A DNA stretch of 62,057 bases, counting the filler. It is 7 parts of 7 records of this genome, joined end to end, with 100 filler letters (N's around TTAATTAATTAA, not from the genome) between each part and the next. Parts side by side here need not be neighbours in the genome. Positions count along the whole stretch, not along the records: positions 12,821 to 25,965 come from SRR31147125_3990; positions 26,066 to 33,072 come from SRR31147125_4052; 5 more parts are not named here. The stretch is one strand, 5' to 3'. Positions 21,703-32,384 of this stretch are shown here, piece after piece. The position numbers were made by a program, and so were the translations under genes. The notes beneath the pieces are model-generated. The model did not search any database and was not told the DNA's origin. It was given only the letters and a program-made list of their open reading frames with translations. Position 1 is the stretch's first letter. Every line of letters starts with the position of its first letter.

Positions 21703-22478
21703 ATGCTTAAAACAAGGAAGTCTCAAAAAGGGTTCACTCTTATTGAGTTGACCTTTGCAATTACGATAATGGCAGTTTTACTGGCCATTATTATTCCACT
21801 GGCCCAAACCGTTTTAACCAATAGAAAATACCAGAACCTGGAGTTCCATTGCAATGAGCTGGCATCCTTTGCAAATGAGTGGGCTGAAAAAGAAGCGCTC
21901 AGTCAAAATGATACTCGTTCAAGAGCCACCATCGATAATTACTTATCTTCACTGACCGGAATTCCTGCAGCTGCAACTTCATACCCTGCTGCCGGAACGG
22001 CACAGTGGATTGCAGATCAAGCTGCAAGCTCAAACAACTGGAATGTATTTGCCAATGGAGGATTTGGTCAAGAAGGTGGCTTAGGGGTTCTCGGAAGATG
22101 TGAGGATCCCGGGATCGGTATAACGTGCAGTACAACACCTCCGGCCGAACTTCCTGAAATCACCGTTCAAGGGTTTATGCCCCGGAAAAACAATTACTGA
22201 ACCCCTTTAATGACCTTAGCGTTTTTGCTCCTGAAAATGACCCAAACTCCGCCGGGCATGTTGTAGAAGGCGCCGTGGCTTGTGCAACCTTTCCGGAAGG
22301 TGGTGGTACAGCTGATGAATGGCATCTTTACGCATTTCTGTATCAAGGTGTTGACAGCACCACATATACAGATTTATTTTTAGAAACAACCTTCCGAGAA
22401 GGTTATGATATCTCACTGAGTGGTTTGAGAAAAGGGGTGTTCATCAAACGCATCCGACCAGGCTATGATGGCACCTAA
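21703..22478 (+). CDS. Type IV pilin-like protein 3 (paralog); frameshift at ~22185
   Basis: QKG|FTLIEL; AGGAG RBS; the alternative frame continues EKQLLNPFND...GAVACA...LYQG...GLRKGVF, matching pilins 1 and 2. Confidence 0.88.
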
Positions 22479-22490
22479 GATGTAAAAATA

Positions 22491-22525
22491 TTGACTATGG
22501 AAGGGAGCGCCTCTTTCATAGTCAA
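22491..22525. terminator. Terminator-like hairpin after the pilins
   Basis: TTGACTATGGAAG...CTTTCATAGTCAA. Confidence 0.6.
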
Positions 22526-22626
22526 ACTCCCATTCCCATTAAAGGAGTTAGCCGGAATATTCTCCCCCTCCACTTGAGTTGCACTCAGTAAATCTCATCT
22601 ATTGAGACTTTAATTTTAAGCCCCAC

Positions 22627-23490
22627 CTATTCCGGATAAATAAGTATCGGAAGTCTTCGTTTCACACTCCATCCATATTCCACCCCCAGCGGATCCATGG
22701 GAATCTGCGGTAAATAATCCGATAAAATTAGTTCATCTAGGCTTTGTAGATCCTTTTGAGTATCAGCTTCATATCTCCTTGCTGCCTTTAGAATCACAGC
22801 AAAATTCTCAAGTCGAATCACTTTTTGGGCCAGGATTCTCTTCTTATTTTCGTTTTTCGTATGTTCTACCATCACTTTCAAAGCTTCAGCCGCTTTTAAA
22901 AACTCTCCATTTTCCTTCATCGCCGCATGCATCAGCGCCAGATAATATTTGGGCGCATTGGGCTTGTTAAACGCTTCCCACATATATTTTGAGGCTTTTT
23001 TATAATCCATGAGGTGATTGTAATGTCCGTAACCGGCCCAAAAGGGAAGTTCCCAAGAGTCGGGAAAGACTTTCATCCCTTTTTGTAGAATCGGTTCAGC
23101 CAGCTTCACATCATCAAAGGCGTGGATCAATCCCATGGCTGAAAAAATATAGGCGGAATAGAACTTAGGATCCAACTCAATCACTACATCCATCATTTTG
23201 TAGGCCCAGGTACTGTCAAAAGTGATGTAAAGGGGTTTCCAGGCCAATCCTCCCGAGTGAAGGCAGACCTGAATGAAGAGCATGTCGGCCATGGATCCTT
23301 CATGATCAAGGGAGAGCATCTGATATAAATTGGTGTCCGGCACGATTTTCATATCCTGCCGGATTTTAAAGGGGTATAGCTGCATGCGTGCCACTCCGAA
23401 ACCGCAGGCCATACACAAAAAGAAGGCCCCCAACAGGCCCACGCCCACTCGTCTTCTTCCTGCCTGAACATTTTTGCTGAAAAACCCCAT
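22627..23490 (-). CDS. Membrane-anchored TPR-like protein of a pilus-associated ABC module
   Basis: N-terminal TM, LDPKFYSAY, LQKGMKVFPDSWELPF and C-terminal IPMDPLG; probable start MGFFSK. Confidence 0.65.
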   Translation of the reverse strand: MGFFSKNVQAGRRRVGVGLLGAFFLCMACGFGVARMQLYPFKIRQDMKIVPDTNLYQMLSLDHEGSMADMLFIQVCLHSGGLAWKPLYITFDSTWAYKMMDVVIELDPKFYSAYIFSAMGLIHAFDDVKLAEPILQKGMKVFPDSWELPFWAGYGHYNHLMDYKKASKYMWEAFNKPNAPKYYLALMHAAMKENGEFLKAAEALKVMVEHTKNENKKRILAQKVIRLENFAVILKAARRYEADTQKDLQSLDELILSDYLPQIPMDPLGVEYGWSVKRRLPILIYPE

Positions 23491-23492
23491 GG

Positions 23493-24272
23493 TTAAATAT
23501 CCCTCTTTCGAAACACGACACTGGCCACAATCATGACCCCGGTCAGATAGCAAACCCAGTATCCGGTTGAAATCATGATTTTGGCAATGGGAATGGGATC
23601 ATGATGAAGAAGATCCAGGCGATAGTTGAGAAAATCAAAGTTGGGCATGAGTACGCACAACCCCTTTACGACCCAGAGATGCAGCTCACTGGCGGTACGT
23701 CCCAAGGCTTTGAAACTGATGAGGGCATCTTCCATGGAGTGACCGATAAAGAACGTGGCAAGCAGCAATGCGGCGTTGACGGTAAATCCTAAGTTAAAGG
23801 CGTAAAAGAAAACAGCAACGGCAATCAGAAGACTAAACTCCAATATGGACCAGATTGCAGCCGTCATAATCCCCCAGTGAATCATTTTTCCAAAGTACCC
23901 GGTCAAAAGAAAAATTCCGGCAGATGTTGCCACGGCAAAAATCACCTGAATCACTACAGTACCGGCAAATCTTCCCATCAGATAGGTATGCCTGGGGATT
24001 CGATTGAGGATAACGTAAAGCTCACATCGATTTTTCTCTTCATAAAGGGAGTAGAGTCCAAACAGGATGGTGACGCCAAGCCCCACCAGCGTCAACCCGG
24101 TCATACCGGCATTAAAGAGAAAGCGTCCCGGCGTATCCAACGACAGGGCACTGATGTAAACCGAAAACGCAAAAAAAAGAACGAGAAAGCAGCTCAGACT
24201 CCAAAACAGTTTACTTCGAAACGATTCTCTCAGCATATTGACGGCAATACTTGTGATGACTCTCACTTGCAT
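23493..24272 (-). CDS. ABC-2 permease (PilI-like)
   Basis: About six TMs, NMLRESFRSK, YLMGRFAG and C-terminal FRKRDI. Confidence 0.85.
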   Translation of the reverse strand: MQVRVITSIAVNMLRESFRSKLFWSLSCFLVLFFAFSVYISALSLDTPGRFLFNAGMTGLTLVGLGVTILFGLYSLYEEKNRCELYVILNRIPRHTYLMGRFAGTVVIQVIFAVATSAGIFLLTGYFGKMIHWGIMTAAIWSILEFSLLIAVAVFFYAFNLGFTVNAALLLATFFIGHSMEDALISFKALGRTASELHLWVVKGLCVLMPNFDFLNYRLDLLHHDPIPIAKIMISTGYWVCYLTGVMIVASVVFRKRDI

Positions 24273-25010
24273 GACGTAACCTCCTGCATAAACACCTCTT
24301 CAAGAGATTCACTCCCCCGTTTTTGTTTCAGGTTTTCAAGGGTATCCATCACTGTCAACTCCCCTTGGACCAATATCCCCACACGATCACAAATCATCTC
24401 CACTTCCGACAATATATGGGAGCAAAAAAAATGGTTTTCCCCGCCTTTTTCTGCGTCGTCAAAAATCCCATGATCTCGCTTCTTCCCACCGGATCCAACC
24501 CGGAAGTGGGCTCATCGAGGATCAACAGATCCGGATCTCCGGCAAAGGCCTGGGCAATCCCCACCCGTTGTCCCATCCCTTTGGAGAGTTCCGAAATCCG
24601 TTTATCTTTTGCCTGTTCCATGCCCACATGGGTCAACAGGGCCATGGCTTCAGAGCTTATTTTAGAAGCCGGAGTTCCTGAAAGGGTACACAAAAATTGG
24701 ACATACTCCAACACCGTCAGATTGGGATTGGGCTTGAAGCTTTCCGGCAGATATCCGGTGTTGGGCCTGGGCTCTGCAAATTGTTGCAACGCGCCGTGAA
24801 AATGAATCGTACCGGTGTCCGGGATGATATACCCCATCATCATCTTTACGGCGGTGGTTTTTCCCGCTCCGTTGGGCCCCAGCAACCCGACAATTTCTCC
24901 AGGCATTACCGTTAGAGAAAGATCTTTTAAAGCACTGATCCTCTCTCCCTTTTTTTTCCCTTATACTTTTTTCCAAGCTGTTTTAACTCAACAATCGGAC
25001 CGTGACTCAT
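24263..25010 (-). CDS. ABC ATPase (PilH-like); frameshifts at ~24950 and ~24425
   Basis: GPNGAGKTT, LSKGMGQR, LDEPTSGLDPVGR; the corrected end reads SHILSEVEMICDRV. Confidence 0.9.
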
Positions 25011-25046
25011 GAATTTTCCATTCTTTTCCGTTTATTTAATACGTAA

Positions 25047-25965
25047 TTAACCATCCATCACCGGTACCCAAAGGCTTCCGGTAATTTTCCACTCATTTTC
25101 ACCGGATGTTTTGGAGAGCATCTTTTCAAAATAGAGCAACTTGATTCCCTCGTCTCGATAGGTTGACGAGCCGTAGATCTGATAGAAAAAAACCCCTCCT
25201 TTTGTTGGCTGGGTAGGATCAATCAAATAGATTGGATCCTTAAATCCAACATGGATGACCTCGTTTTTATCAAAAGAGGCATTCTTTCTCAAAAACAACT
25301 GCTCTTTGGAAAGCGTTTCCACCTCTTTTGGAAAAATCCTGTATTTTGCGTGCAGAGGCCCGTAGCACGCCATCAAGGTTTCTATATTTTTGGCGTTCCA
25401 AGCCTGTCCCCATTTTTCAAACGTGTAATCAATTTGATCAATGAAATGGGGAATAACGGCATTATCGGAAGAGGCTTTTTTCTTTTCAGATCCTTTGAAC
25501 AAGTTGTGTTCATCTCGCCCAATCAATGCATCAACGGATTTCACAACAATCACAGGGACAATGCCGTAATCGGAAACCTCTGAAATAAACGACCAAAACA
25601 AGGAATCATTTATGATAATTCTCTTTGTGTAAGATAGAGCTGGATGAAAAATAAATGGCGTACGCTCTTTTGAAAGGCCAGCCACATACCCCCTTCTGGA
25701 TAGATCCAATCGATCGCGAACTCTCTTTCTGCGTGAAGACGCTCTTGATCATGGGAGAAGCCCACAGCCTTTTTCAAATCCTGCACCACCAACAAAAAAG
25801 AGCCGTGTTGATCAGGAAAAAAAGTACACGCTTTTGAAATCCTCTCCCAATCATACTGATTATTTCGGGGTATGGTCCGGGCATCGGGTGGGACAACAGC
25901 GTCTTCTTTGTCGGATTGCACCTCTTCTGTAGAAGGCTGAATTTTATTTACCGTGTTGCTTTTTT
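25047..25965 (-). CDS. Hypothetical exported protein with an NTF2-like C-terminus (as in Csd6-type proteins); truncated and frameshifted
   Basis: WGQAWNAKNIETLMACY...FYQIYGSSTYRDEGIKLLYF...WKI pattern. Confidence 0.4.
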
Positions 25966-26065
25966 NNNNNNNNNNNNNNNNNNNNNNNNNNNNNNNNNNN
26001 NNNNNNNNNTTAATTAATTAANNNNNNNNNNNNNNNNNNNNNNNNNNNNNNNNNNNNNNNNNNNN

Positions 26066-26463
26066 CCTTCCATGTTAATCATTGATTTATCAGCTTTTAC
26101 TTCACCAGGAAAGCTTATAGTTATTACTTTGACATCTGGTATCAATCTTTTTAGCATCTCTAGCTTTTTAGAGTTATTGATATTTTTTCCCACTGTACAG
26201 AAGTATACGTTTTTATGTTCCTTATTTAGCCTGGTGATATACTCAACAGCACCAGGTATCGTATTATCACCTGAATATACTTCGTTACTTGCAAACAATG
26301 AGTTGATAATTTCATTTGGAGTTCCCTTTGGTATTGCAGGGCTAAAATTCCACTCTTTTACTTTTCGCCAATCACCGTTATGTCCATATTTTTTGTTGTA
26401 GAGCTCAACCATTGTTTTCTCGGTATTCCATAGAACACCATCAATATCGATAAATATCTTCAT
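26066..26463 (-). CDS. HAD-type 5'(3')-deoxyribonucleotidase-like protein, truncated
   Basis: KIFIDIDGVL, IPGAVEYI and DKSMI. Confidence 0.7.
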
Positions 26464-26710
26464 GTTTACCACCTACCTATCAAATGTAAATTATAATTAG
26501 TTTTGCAGATAAAATCCAGTCATAAAAGCAAAAACACAAAAGAAAATCGATAAAATTATTTAACAAACAAGAAAAAGATAGTTTGTATATAACTATTGTA
26601 TTATATTTTTTGCATATAAGAAATAGTTAGCCCAAAATATATTTAAAATTTTAAATACTCAAAAATATAAAAAAAGCACATTGCATATAACATACAATGT
26701 ACTTTTGGAA

Positions 26711-28378
26711 TTATTTAATTTTATTTTTTCTCAGATGCGGGGAGTACTTCATATCACTTTTTCCAATATGATTTAATAACCAATCTTTTAGGAAATTAAG
26801 AAGTTTACTTGATAACATAATTTCACCTGACTCAAGTTGCTTTTGAAATTCAAGCATCTCATTAACAAAAGCTTTATGCTCTTTTTTATGATTTGGTGTA
26901 TCTGGGTAATTAGTTTTTTCAAATAACTCCTCTTCATATTTGAAATGTTTTGCGGTATAGTTAATTAGCTCAGCAACAGTTTTGTTTAAAATTTCATTAC
27001 TTTTTCCATCAATCATATGGTGATATAAATCATTAATTATTTTAACTAGATATTTATGCTCCTGATCGATTGAAGGTATTTTAACTGAATAAGCACTTTG
27101 CCATTTAATCAAATCTTCTTTTGCAATTTTAACACCTTTTGAGATTTCAAAATTATTAGTTAGATTTTTAAGAGCATCTGCTACTTCAGATAATCCAGCA
27201 GAATAAGCAGTAGAGTTTTTTAAAATTCCGTAGATTCCTTCAATATCCTCTAACTGTTCATTAGATGACCCACTAATATCAATACTTCTATTTGCTATTT
27301 CGTTCATAGCCACGTTCATATCATTTACTGCAGATTTTTGTTCAACAACAGATGATGAAATCTCTTCGATTTCATTATCAATTACCTTAATTTTCTCTAT
27401 AATTTCATATATTTTATCACTTGTTACATCGTTTACTTCTTTTCCTTGTTGTACCTGCGTTCTTGCAACACCAGCAAGTGATACCAGCTCATCTATTTCA
27501 TTTTGCACTGCATGAACAAGCTCTTCAATTTGGGATGTTGCAGCAACAGAGCTATCTGCTAAGTTTCTAACGGCATCTGCTACAACTGAGAATCCTCTTC
27601 CAGCCTCTCCAGCTCTTGCAGCCTCAATTGCTGCATTTAGTGATAGTAAAGTAGTTTGCTCAGTAATTTGATTAATCATATCGACAATATCAAAGATTTT
27701 TCTAGATGATTCTTTTAACGTCTCAGATTTTTCCTCTATTTTATTTACGCCACTTTCTATACTCTCAAACTTTTTATTATTTTCAATAATATTCTTTTCA
27801 CCTTGCTGTGCAAGCAGGTTAGTATCATTTGATAAGTTTTTTGTAGTAAAAGCTTTCTCGGCAACTTTGTTCATTGCATCAGAGATTTCAGTAATATTAG
27901 CCGCAGCTTCTTCTGAATGAGCAGTTTGTTTATTAACGTTATCAAGGATATAATCCATCTTGTTTTTTAGAAATGTTAGATGATTATCATTATTTTTATT
28001 GTCTAACATATCCACCAAATTTTCTGATAACTCCACAGATGATGAAGCTACATTTTCACTTACTTGGTTCATCCTCATGATAATCTGTTCTAAACTACCC
28101 ATAAACTCAGTTAGAGAGCTGAGTAACTCACTGTGAGTGCTTTCATCAGTGATTGCCTTCGCTTCTTCAATTTTCCCCTGACTAAGTAACATGAATACTT
28201 CTTGAATCCTTCCTAGAATATTTAATTTTGAATTAAATATTATTAAAGCTCCAACTCCATTAATTAGTAGAGCGACTACAAGTGCTAAAATCCTACTAGG
28301 CAGAAGATAAAAAAGTAGACTTGTTATTAAAGTTACAATAAATGGTAATGCTTGAATTATTATTCTTAATCCCGTCAT
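26711..28378 (-). CDS. Methyl-accepting chemotaxis protein with C-terminal bacteriohemerythrin
   Basis: [17 protein letters not shown]; hemerythrin ligands DQEH, HFKYEE, HKKEH and HIGKSD. Confidence 0.93.
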   Translation of the reverse strand: MTGLRIIIQALPFIVTLITSLLFYLLPSRILALVVALLINGVGALIIFNSKLNILGRIQEVFMLLSQGKIEEAKAITDESTHSELLSSLTEFMGSLEQIIMRMNQVSENVASSSVELSENLVDMLDNKNNDNHLTFLKNKMDYILDNVNKQTAHSEEAAANITEISDAMNKVAEKAFTTKNLSNDTNLLAQQGEKNIIENNKKFESIESGVNKIEEKSETLKESSRKIFDIVDMINQITEQTTLLSLNAAIEAARAGEAGRGFSVVADAVRNLADSSVAATSQIEELVHAVQNEIDELVSLAGVARTQVQQGKEVNDVTSDKIYEIIEKIKVIDNEIEEISSSVVEQKSAVNDMNVAMNEIANRSIDISGSSNEQLEDIEGIYGILKNSTAYSAGLSEVADALKNLTNNFEISKGVKIAKEDLIKWQSAYSVKIPSIDQEHKYLVKIINDLYHHMIDGKSNEILNKTVAELINYTAKHFKYEEELFEKTNYPDTPNHKKEHKAFVNEMLEFQKQLESGEIMLSSKLLNFLKDWLLNHIGKSDMKYSPHLRKNKIK

Positions 28379-28699
28379 AAAACTCCTCCTCTATTTAGAT
28401 TGATATTCCAGTATGCTTTGAAGAATAAGTAACCATTCTAAATTAATTGTATACATCACCCTAATCTAGTTTATTACATTTTTCTAAAACAATCAAGAAA
28501 TCTTCCCAAATTTTCTAATATAATTATATAGGAAAAAGCAAGTAATTAAAAGAGAAAGTTTATAAAATATAAAAAGAATTCATGGAATTCTTTACTGAAA
28601 AAGTAGAATATGATAAGATGTATTACTAATTAGAAAAAAGACGCTATAAAAACTGACTTGAAACACTCGTTCTTTATAATTTTATGTAGGAGAATTCTT

Positions 28700-29092
28700 T
28701 TGAATAATATTGATAGATCAGAGATAGTTAAGAAAAAATTTAAGGAAACTAAAAATTGTGCAGAAGCAATCATTCTAACCTTTGAGGATATGATTACACT
28801 TAGCAGAGTAGAAATTAAATCTATTTCAGCTGGTTTTGAACGTGGGATGTTTCTATCTAATACTTGCGGCATCGTTAACGGCGCAGTAATATTGATAGGC
28901 TTGGTTGTTACCGATGAAGATTCTATGAGAGTTTTGAATAAAAGGAAAATAGCTAAAACTGTGCAAAACTTTAATAGGGAATTTGAGAAAGCTAATAAAT
29001 CATTGATTTGTAGAGAATTAAAAAGAGAGCATAACCAAAATTGTACCGAGATGTTGGTAAGTGCTGTAAAAATATTGGGAAAAATATTGTAG
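28700..29092 (+). CDS. C_GCAxxG_C_C family putative redox protein
   Basis: NCAEA, TCGIVNG, ICREL and NC; TTG 28700 follows AGGAG. Confidence 0.8.
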   Translation: MNNIDRSEIVKKKFKETKNCAEAIILTFEDMITLSRVEIKSISAGFERGMFLSNTCGIVNGAVILIGLVVTDEDSMRVLNKRKIAKTVQNFNREFEKANKSLICRELKREHNQNCTEMLVSAVKILGKIL

Positions 29093-29158
29093 TTATATAT
29101 AAATGAACAGCCTAGCTATGCCGATAATAGTTAAAAGTATATAAAATAATTTGAACGG

Positions 29159-29908
29159 GTGATTTCTGTGTACAGTCAAAGATATGGTCTAAAGAGTTAT
29201 ATTTTTCAAAAAATGATAGAAGCGTTTAAAAAATTTCCTCAAGTTAAAGAAGTTAGTATTTTTGGTTCCAGAGCTAGAGGGGATTACAAAAAGAATTCTG
29301 ATATTGATTTAGCTATTAGTTTCAAAGAGCAAGGAGACAAAGTAATCTATGAGGTCATTGAAGAGCTTTCGAACATAGATACAATCTTGAGTTTTGATGT
29401 AATAGATAAAGAAAAAATCAAAAATGTAAGATTGTGGGAGTTTTTAGAAGAGGAAGGCGAAGTAATATTCAAGACTAATAAAAATGGTGAAGCTATAGTT
29501 GACAGGGTTCAATTATCTCAGCAGTTAGTTTCCTTCTCAAATGCAATTGATGCTTTACTGGAAGCGCTTGATATGGATGCAGAGGATAATACAATTGTAT
29601 TAGATGGTATTATTAAACGTTTTGAGTACTCATACGAGCTTGCTTGGCGACTTATGAGGGCTTATCTGGAATATAAAGGTGTGGCTGACATAAATGATGC
29701 TAAAAGTAGTATCAGACAGGCTTATAAGAATGAGCTTGTTGAGAATGGTGAGGAGTGGCTAAATATGCTTCTTGACAGAAATAAAGTTATATTTATGGGA
29801 AGTAAGGAGCAAAAGTTAAAAGTTTACTCGAATATTAAAGTTATATATATTGCTCTACTGAATTCATTATATCTTCAAATGGAAAAATTATTAAGCGTTA
29901 AGAAATAG
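29159..29908 (+). CDS. Fused minimal nucleotidyltransferase (MNT) and HI0074-type HEPN domain
   Basis: FGSRARGD...SDIDLA, then DGIIKRFEYSYELAWRLM...WLNMLLDRN. Confidence 0.88.
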   Translation: MISVYSQRYGLKSYIFQKMIEAFKKFPQVKEVSIFGSRARGDYKKNSDIDLAISFKEQGDKVIYEVIEELSNIDTILSFDVIDKEKIKNVRLWEFLEEEGEVIFKTNKNGEAIVDRVQLSQQLVSFSNAIDALLEALDMDAEDNTIVLDGIIKRFEYSYELAWRLMRAYLEYKGVADINDAKSSIRQAYKNELVENGEEWLNMLLDRNKVIFMGSKEQKLKVYSNIKVIYIALLNSLYLQMEKLLSVKK

Positions 29909-29957
29909 AATAACATAAGAAGCAAACTAGGCGAGAAGTAAATTAACGAAGGAATAA

Positions 29958-29994
29958 AATAAGTTCCGACTTCATTGAAAGTTGGGACTTATTT
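29958..29994 (+). terminator. Intrinsic terminator
   Basis: AATAAGTTCCGACTT...AAGTTGGGACTTATT followed by a T-rich tail. Confidence 0.7.
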
Positions 29995-30104
29995 GTTTGT
30001 TTACTTATATATTTATTAATTAATTTTCATTTTTAAAAGGAAAATGAAAAATTACTTATATAATATTGTATGGTGTACGATTAATTACAATATTTTACTC
30101 AAAT

Positions 30105-30186
30105 AATTTAGAAGGGAATTTTATTCAAACAATTTAAGAGGGAATTATGTTTAAAAATTTAGGAGGGAATTATGTTTAAAAATTTA
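30105..30186 (+). repeat. Three tandem ~25-bp copies of the MCP ribosome-binding/start region
   Basis: AATTTAGAAGGGAATTTTATTCAAAC / AATTTAAGAGGGAATTATGTTTAAA / AATTTAGGAGGGAATTATGTTTAAA / AATTTA. Confidence 0.85.
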
Positions 30187-32310
30187 AAATTTGGCTCAAA
30201 AATAGGATTGGGATTTACTGCAATACTGCTCATAACAATTGTTCTAAATGTAAATGGAATAATAAATATGAATACTTCATCAGAGCTCGCATCGATACTA
30301 AACTCTGAATATATTCCAGAAGTTGAAATTGCCTCAAAACTTAGAGGCGCAGCAAATAGAATTATGTATCAAATGAGGGGTTATGGTTATTCTGAAGAGG
30401 AGAAATACCTTGAGGCCGCTCAAAAAGAAGGTGAATTCTTAGATGAAGCGATTGCGGAGGGGCGTGAATTAAGTAAAACAGCTATTCACTTGGAAAAGCT
30501 TGAAGATGAATTACTAAGAGCGGAACAAGCAAAGGAAAACTACGTTGTACTGGTTAGTGAAACGATTAAAGTAAATAAACAACTAAAAAAATTAAGATTG
30601 GATATGGATAGTTATGCAGGTCAATTTACTGCCAATACTCTCAAGTTTTTACTCTCTCAAGAAGAGAAAGTAAAAAAATCTTTTGAGAATCAAGATACGG
30701 AAGATCTGAAAGAACGTTTTCAAAAAATAGATTTAATAAACACGATATTGGGTTCTGGAAATGAAGCTAGAGTTGCAAATTTTAAATCTCAGGCAACTAG
30801 AAATCCTCAAATTATTGAACAATCGATGAAGCATTTTGAAACAATCGAGAATTCTATTGAAGAATTACTAGCATTGATAGTGGATCAAGAGGACATAGAT
30901 GCAGTATATTTAATTAGATCCTCTATTGAAAGCTATAAATCCGCTGTTGATTCTTTCCTTGAAGAATGGAACAAAAGAGAGGTTTTAGGTGTTAAGAGAA
31001 ATGATGCGGGGCAAATAATGATAGCGGCATGTATTGAGATTGCTGATGCAGGACTTGATAATACTAAAATAATAGCAGATGAAACACATTCATCTCTAAG
31101 AGCATCATCTTTCTTAATGCTTGTTGGATCAGTTATAGTTGTACCCTTGGGAATATTTATTTCTATTTTAATTATATTTTCGATAACTAAGCCACTTTCT
31201 GTTTTAATAGCTAATATGAAGGATATTTCAGAAGGAGATGCTGATTTAACATCTAGGTTAGAAGTAAAAAGCAGAGATGAAATTGGTGAGTTATCAAAAT
31301 ATTTTAATCTGTTTATAGAGAAACTACAGGGGATTATTTTAGAAGTAAGGGCACTGAGTAATACAGTTTCTGAAAAAAGTATTGCTGTTTCACGTGTGAT
31401 GGATAATATAGTAAAAGGAAAAGAAAGTCAAAGTTTTACCGAAATAGCTGATCCATTAGAGGAAGGAACTGTTAAATTAGAGGAGTATATCGCACTTGTT
31501 CTTGATAATGTAAGGAATCAAACTGCAAGTAGTCAAGAATCTCTTGCTGCATTAGAGGAGATTAATGCCTCTGGAAATGAAACCTCACATAATATTAATA
31601 CTATTTTAAAGCATTCAAATAATACTTTAGAGATATCTAGTTCCAGTTACGAGAAGATGGAAGAGATGCACTCAAGTATGCAAACAATTACTAATAGTGT
31701 TAATGAGGCTGAAAGTCAAATAACAAATTTGACAACATCATCTGCAAATATCGGAGAAATCATTACTGCAATTAACGCAATAGCAGAACAAACGAACCTT
31801 CTCGCTCTTAATGCTGCAATAGAAGCCGCTAGAGCAGGCGAAGCTGGAAAAGGTTTTGCAGTTGTTGCTGATGAGATTAGAAAGCTAGCAGAGCAAACTA
31901 ATGGAGAAACAAGTAAAATTGAAAATATTATTAAGACAATTCAAAGTGAAGTTCATGGTGTTAAGAGTGCAAATGATAGCGTAGAAAAAAATGTTAACTC
32001 TGCTTTGCTAATCACTAAAGCTGTAAAAGAAGCATTGAAGGAAACTAACGATCTTATTTCTAAAAATGATATTGGAATAGGAAATATAGCCACAATTATG
32101 AAAGAACAAAGTGTTTCAGTTGAGGAGATTACAAGCTCAGTTGGTTCAATAACAAATAGTTCAACTGAAATAGAGGAATTTTCTATCAATAATAATAATA
32201 TTTCTCAAAAAATTGGGATTATTCTTGGAGAAAACTTAGTAGAACTAGAAAATTTAGGAGAACTAATTGAGAAACTTCAACAAAATGTATCTGGTTTTAA
32301 AACAGAATAA
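30172..32310 (+). CDS. Methyl-accepting chemotaxis protein (large helical periplasmic sensor, HAMP, MA)
   Basis: Two TMs, HAMP (DEIGELS), [29 protein letters not shown]. Confidence 0.95.
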   Translation: MFKNLKFGSKIGLGFTAILLITIVLNVNGIINMNTSSELASILNSEYIPEVEIASKLRGAANRIMYQMRGYGYSEEEKYLEAAQKEGEFLDEAIAEGRELSKTAIHLEKLEDELLRAEQAKENYVVLVSETIKVNKQLKKLRLDMDSYAGQFTANTLKFLLSQEEKVKKSFENQDTEDLKERFQKIDLINTILGSGNEARVANFKSQATRNPQIIEQSMKHFETIENSIEELLALIVDQEDIDAVYLIRSSIESYKSAVDSFLEEWNKREVLGVKRNDAGQIMIAACIEIADAGLDNTKIIADETHSSLRASSFLMLVGSVIVVPLGIFISILIIFSITKPLSVLIANMKDISEGDADLTSRLEVKSRDEIGELSKYFNLFIEKLQGIILEVRALSNTVSEKSIAVSRVMDNIVKGKESQSFTEIADPLEEGTVKLEEYIALVLDNVRNQTASSQESLAALEEINASGNETSHNINTILKHSNNTLEISSSSYEKMEEMHSSMQTITNSVNEAESQITNLTTSSANIGEIITAINAIAEQTNLLALNAAIEAARAGEAGKGFAVVADEIRKLAEQTNGETSKIENIIKTIQSEVHGVKSANDSVEKNVNSALLITKAVKEALKETNDLISKNDIGIGNIATIMKEQSVSVEEITSSVGSITNSSTEIEEFSINNNNISQKIGIILGENLVELENLGELIEKLQQNVSGFKTE

Positions 32311-32321
32311 TTTTCTAAAAA

Positions 32322-32351
32322 AAATCCCGACTTTCTAGAAGTCGGGATTTT
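32322..32351. terminator. Bidirectional terminator
   Basis: AAAATCCCGACTT-tctag-AAGTCGGGATTTT between convergent genes. Confidence 0.85.
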
Positions 32352-32384
32352 GCAGTTATATTTTTAGCTAAAATATTTGATTAA

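Noticed and set aside
20234..22478. Electrically conductive (e-pili) interpretation
   Set aside because: These are long pilins lacking the aromatic residues at mature positions 24 and 27 typical of Geobacter-type e-pilins; there is no direct support.
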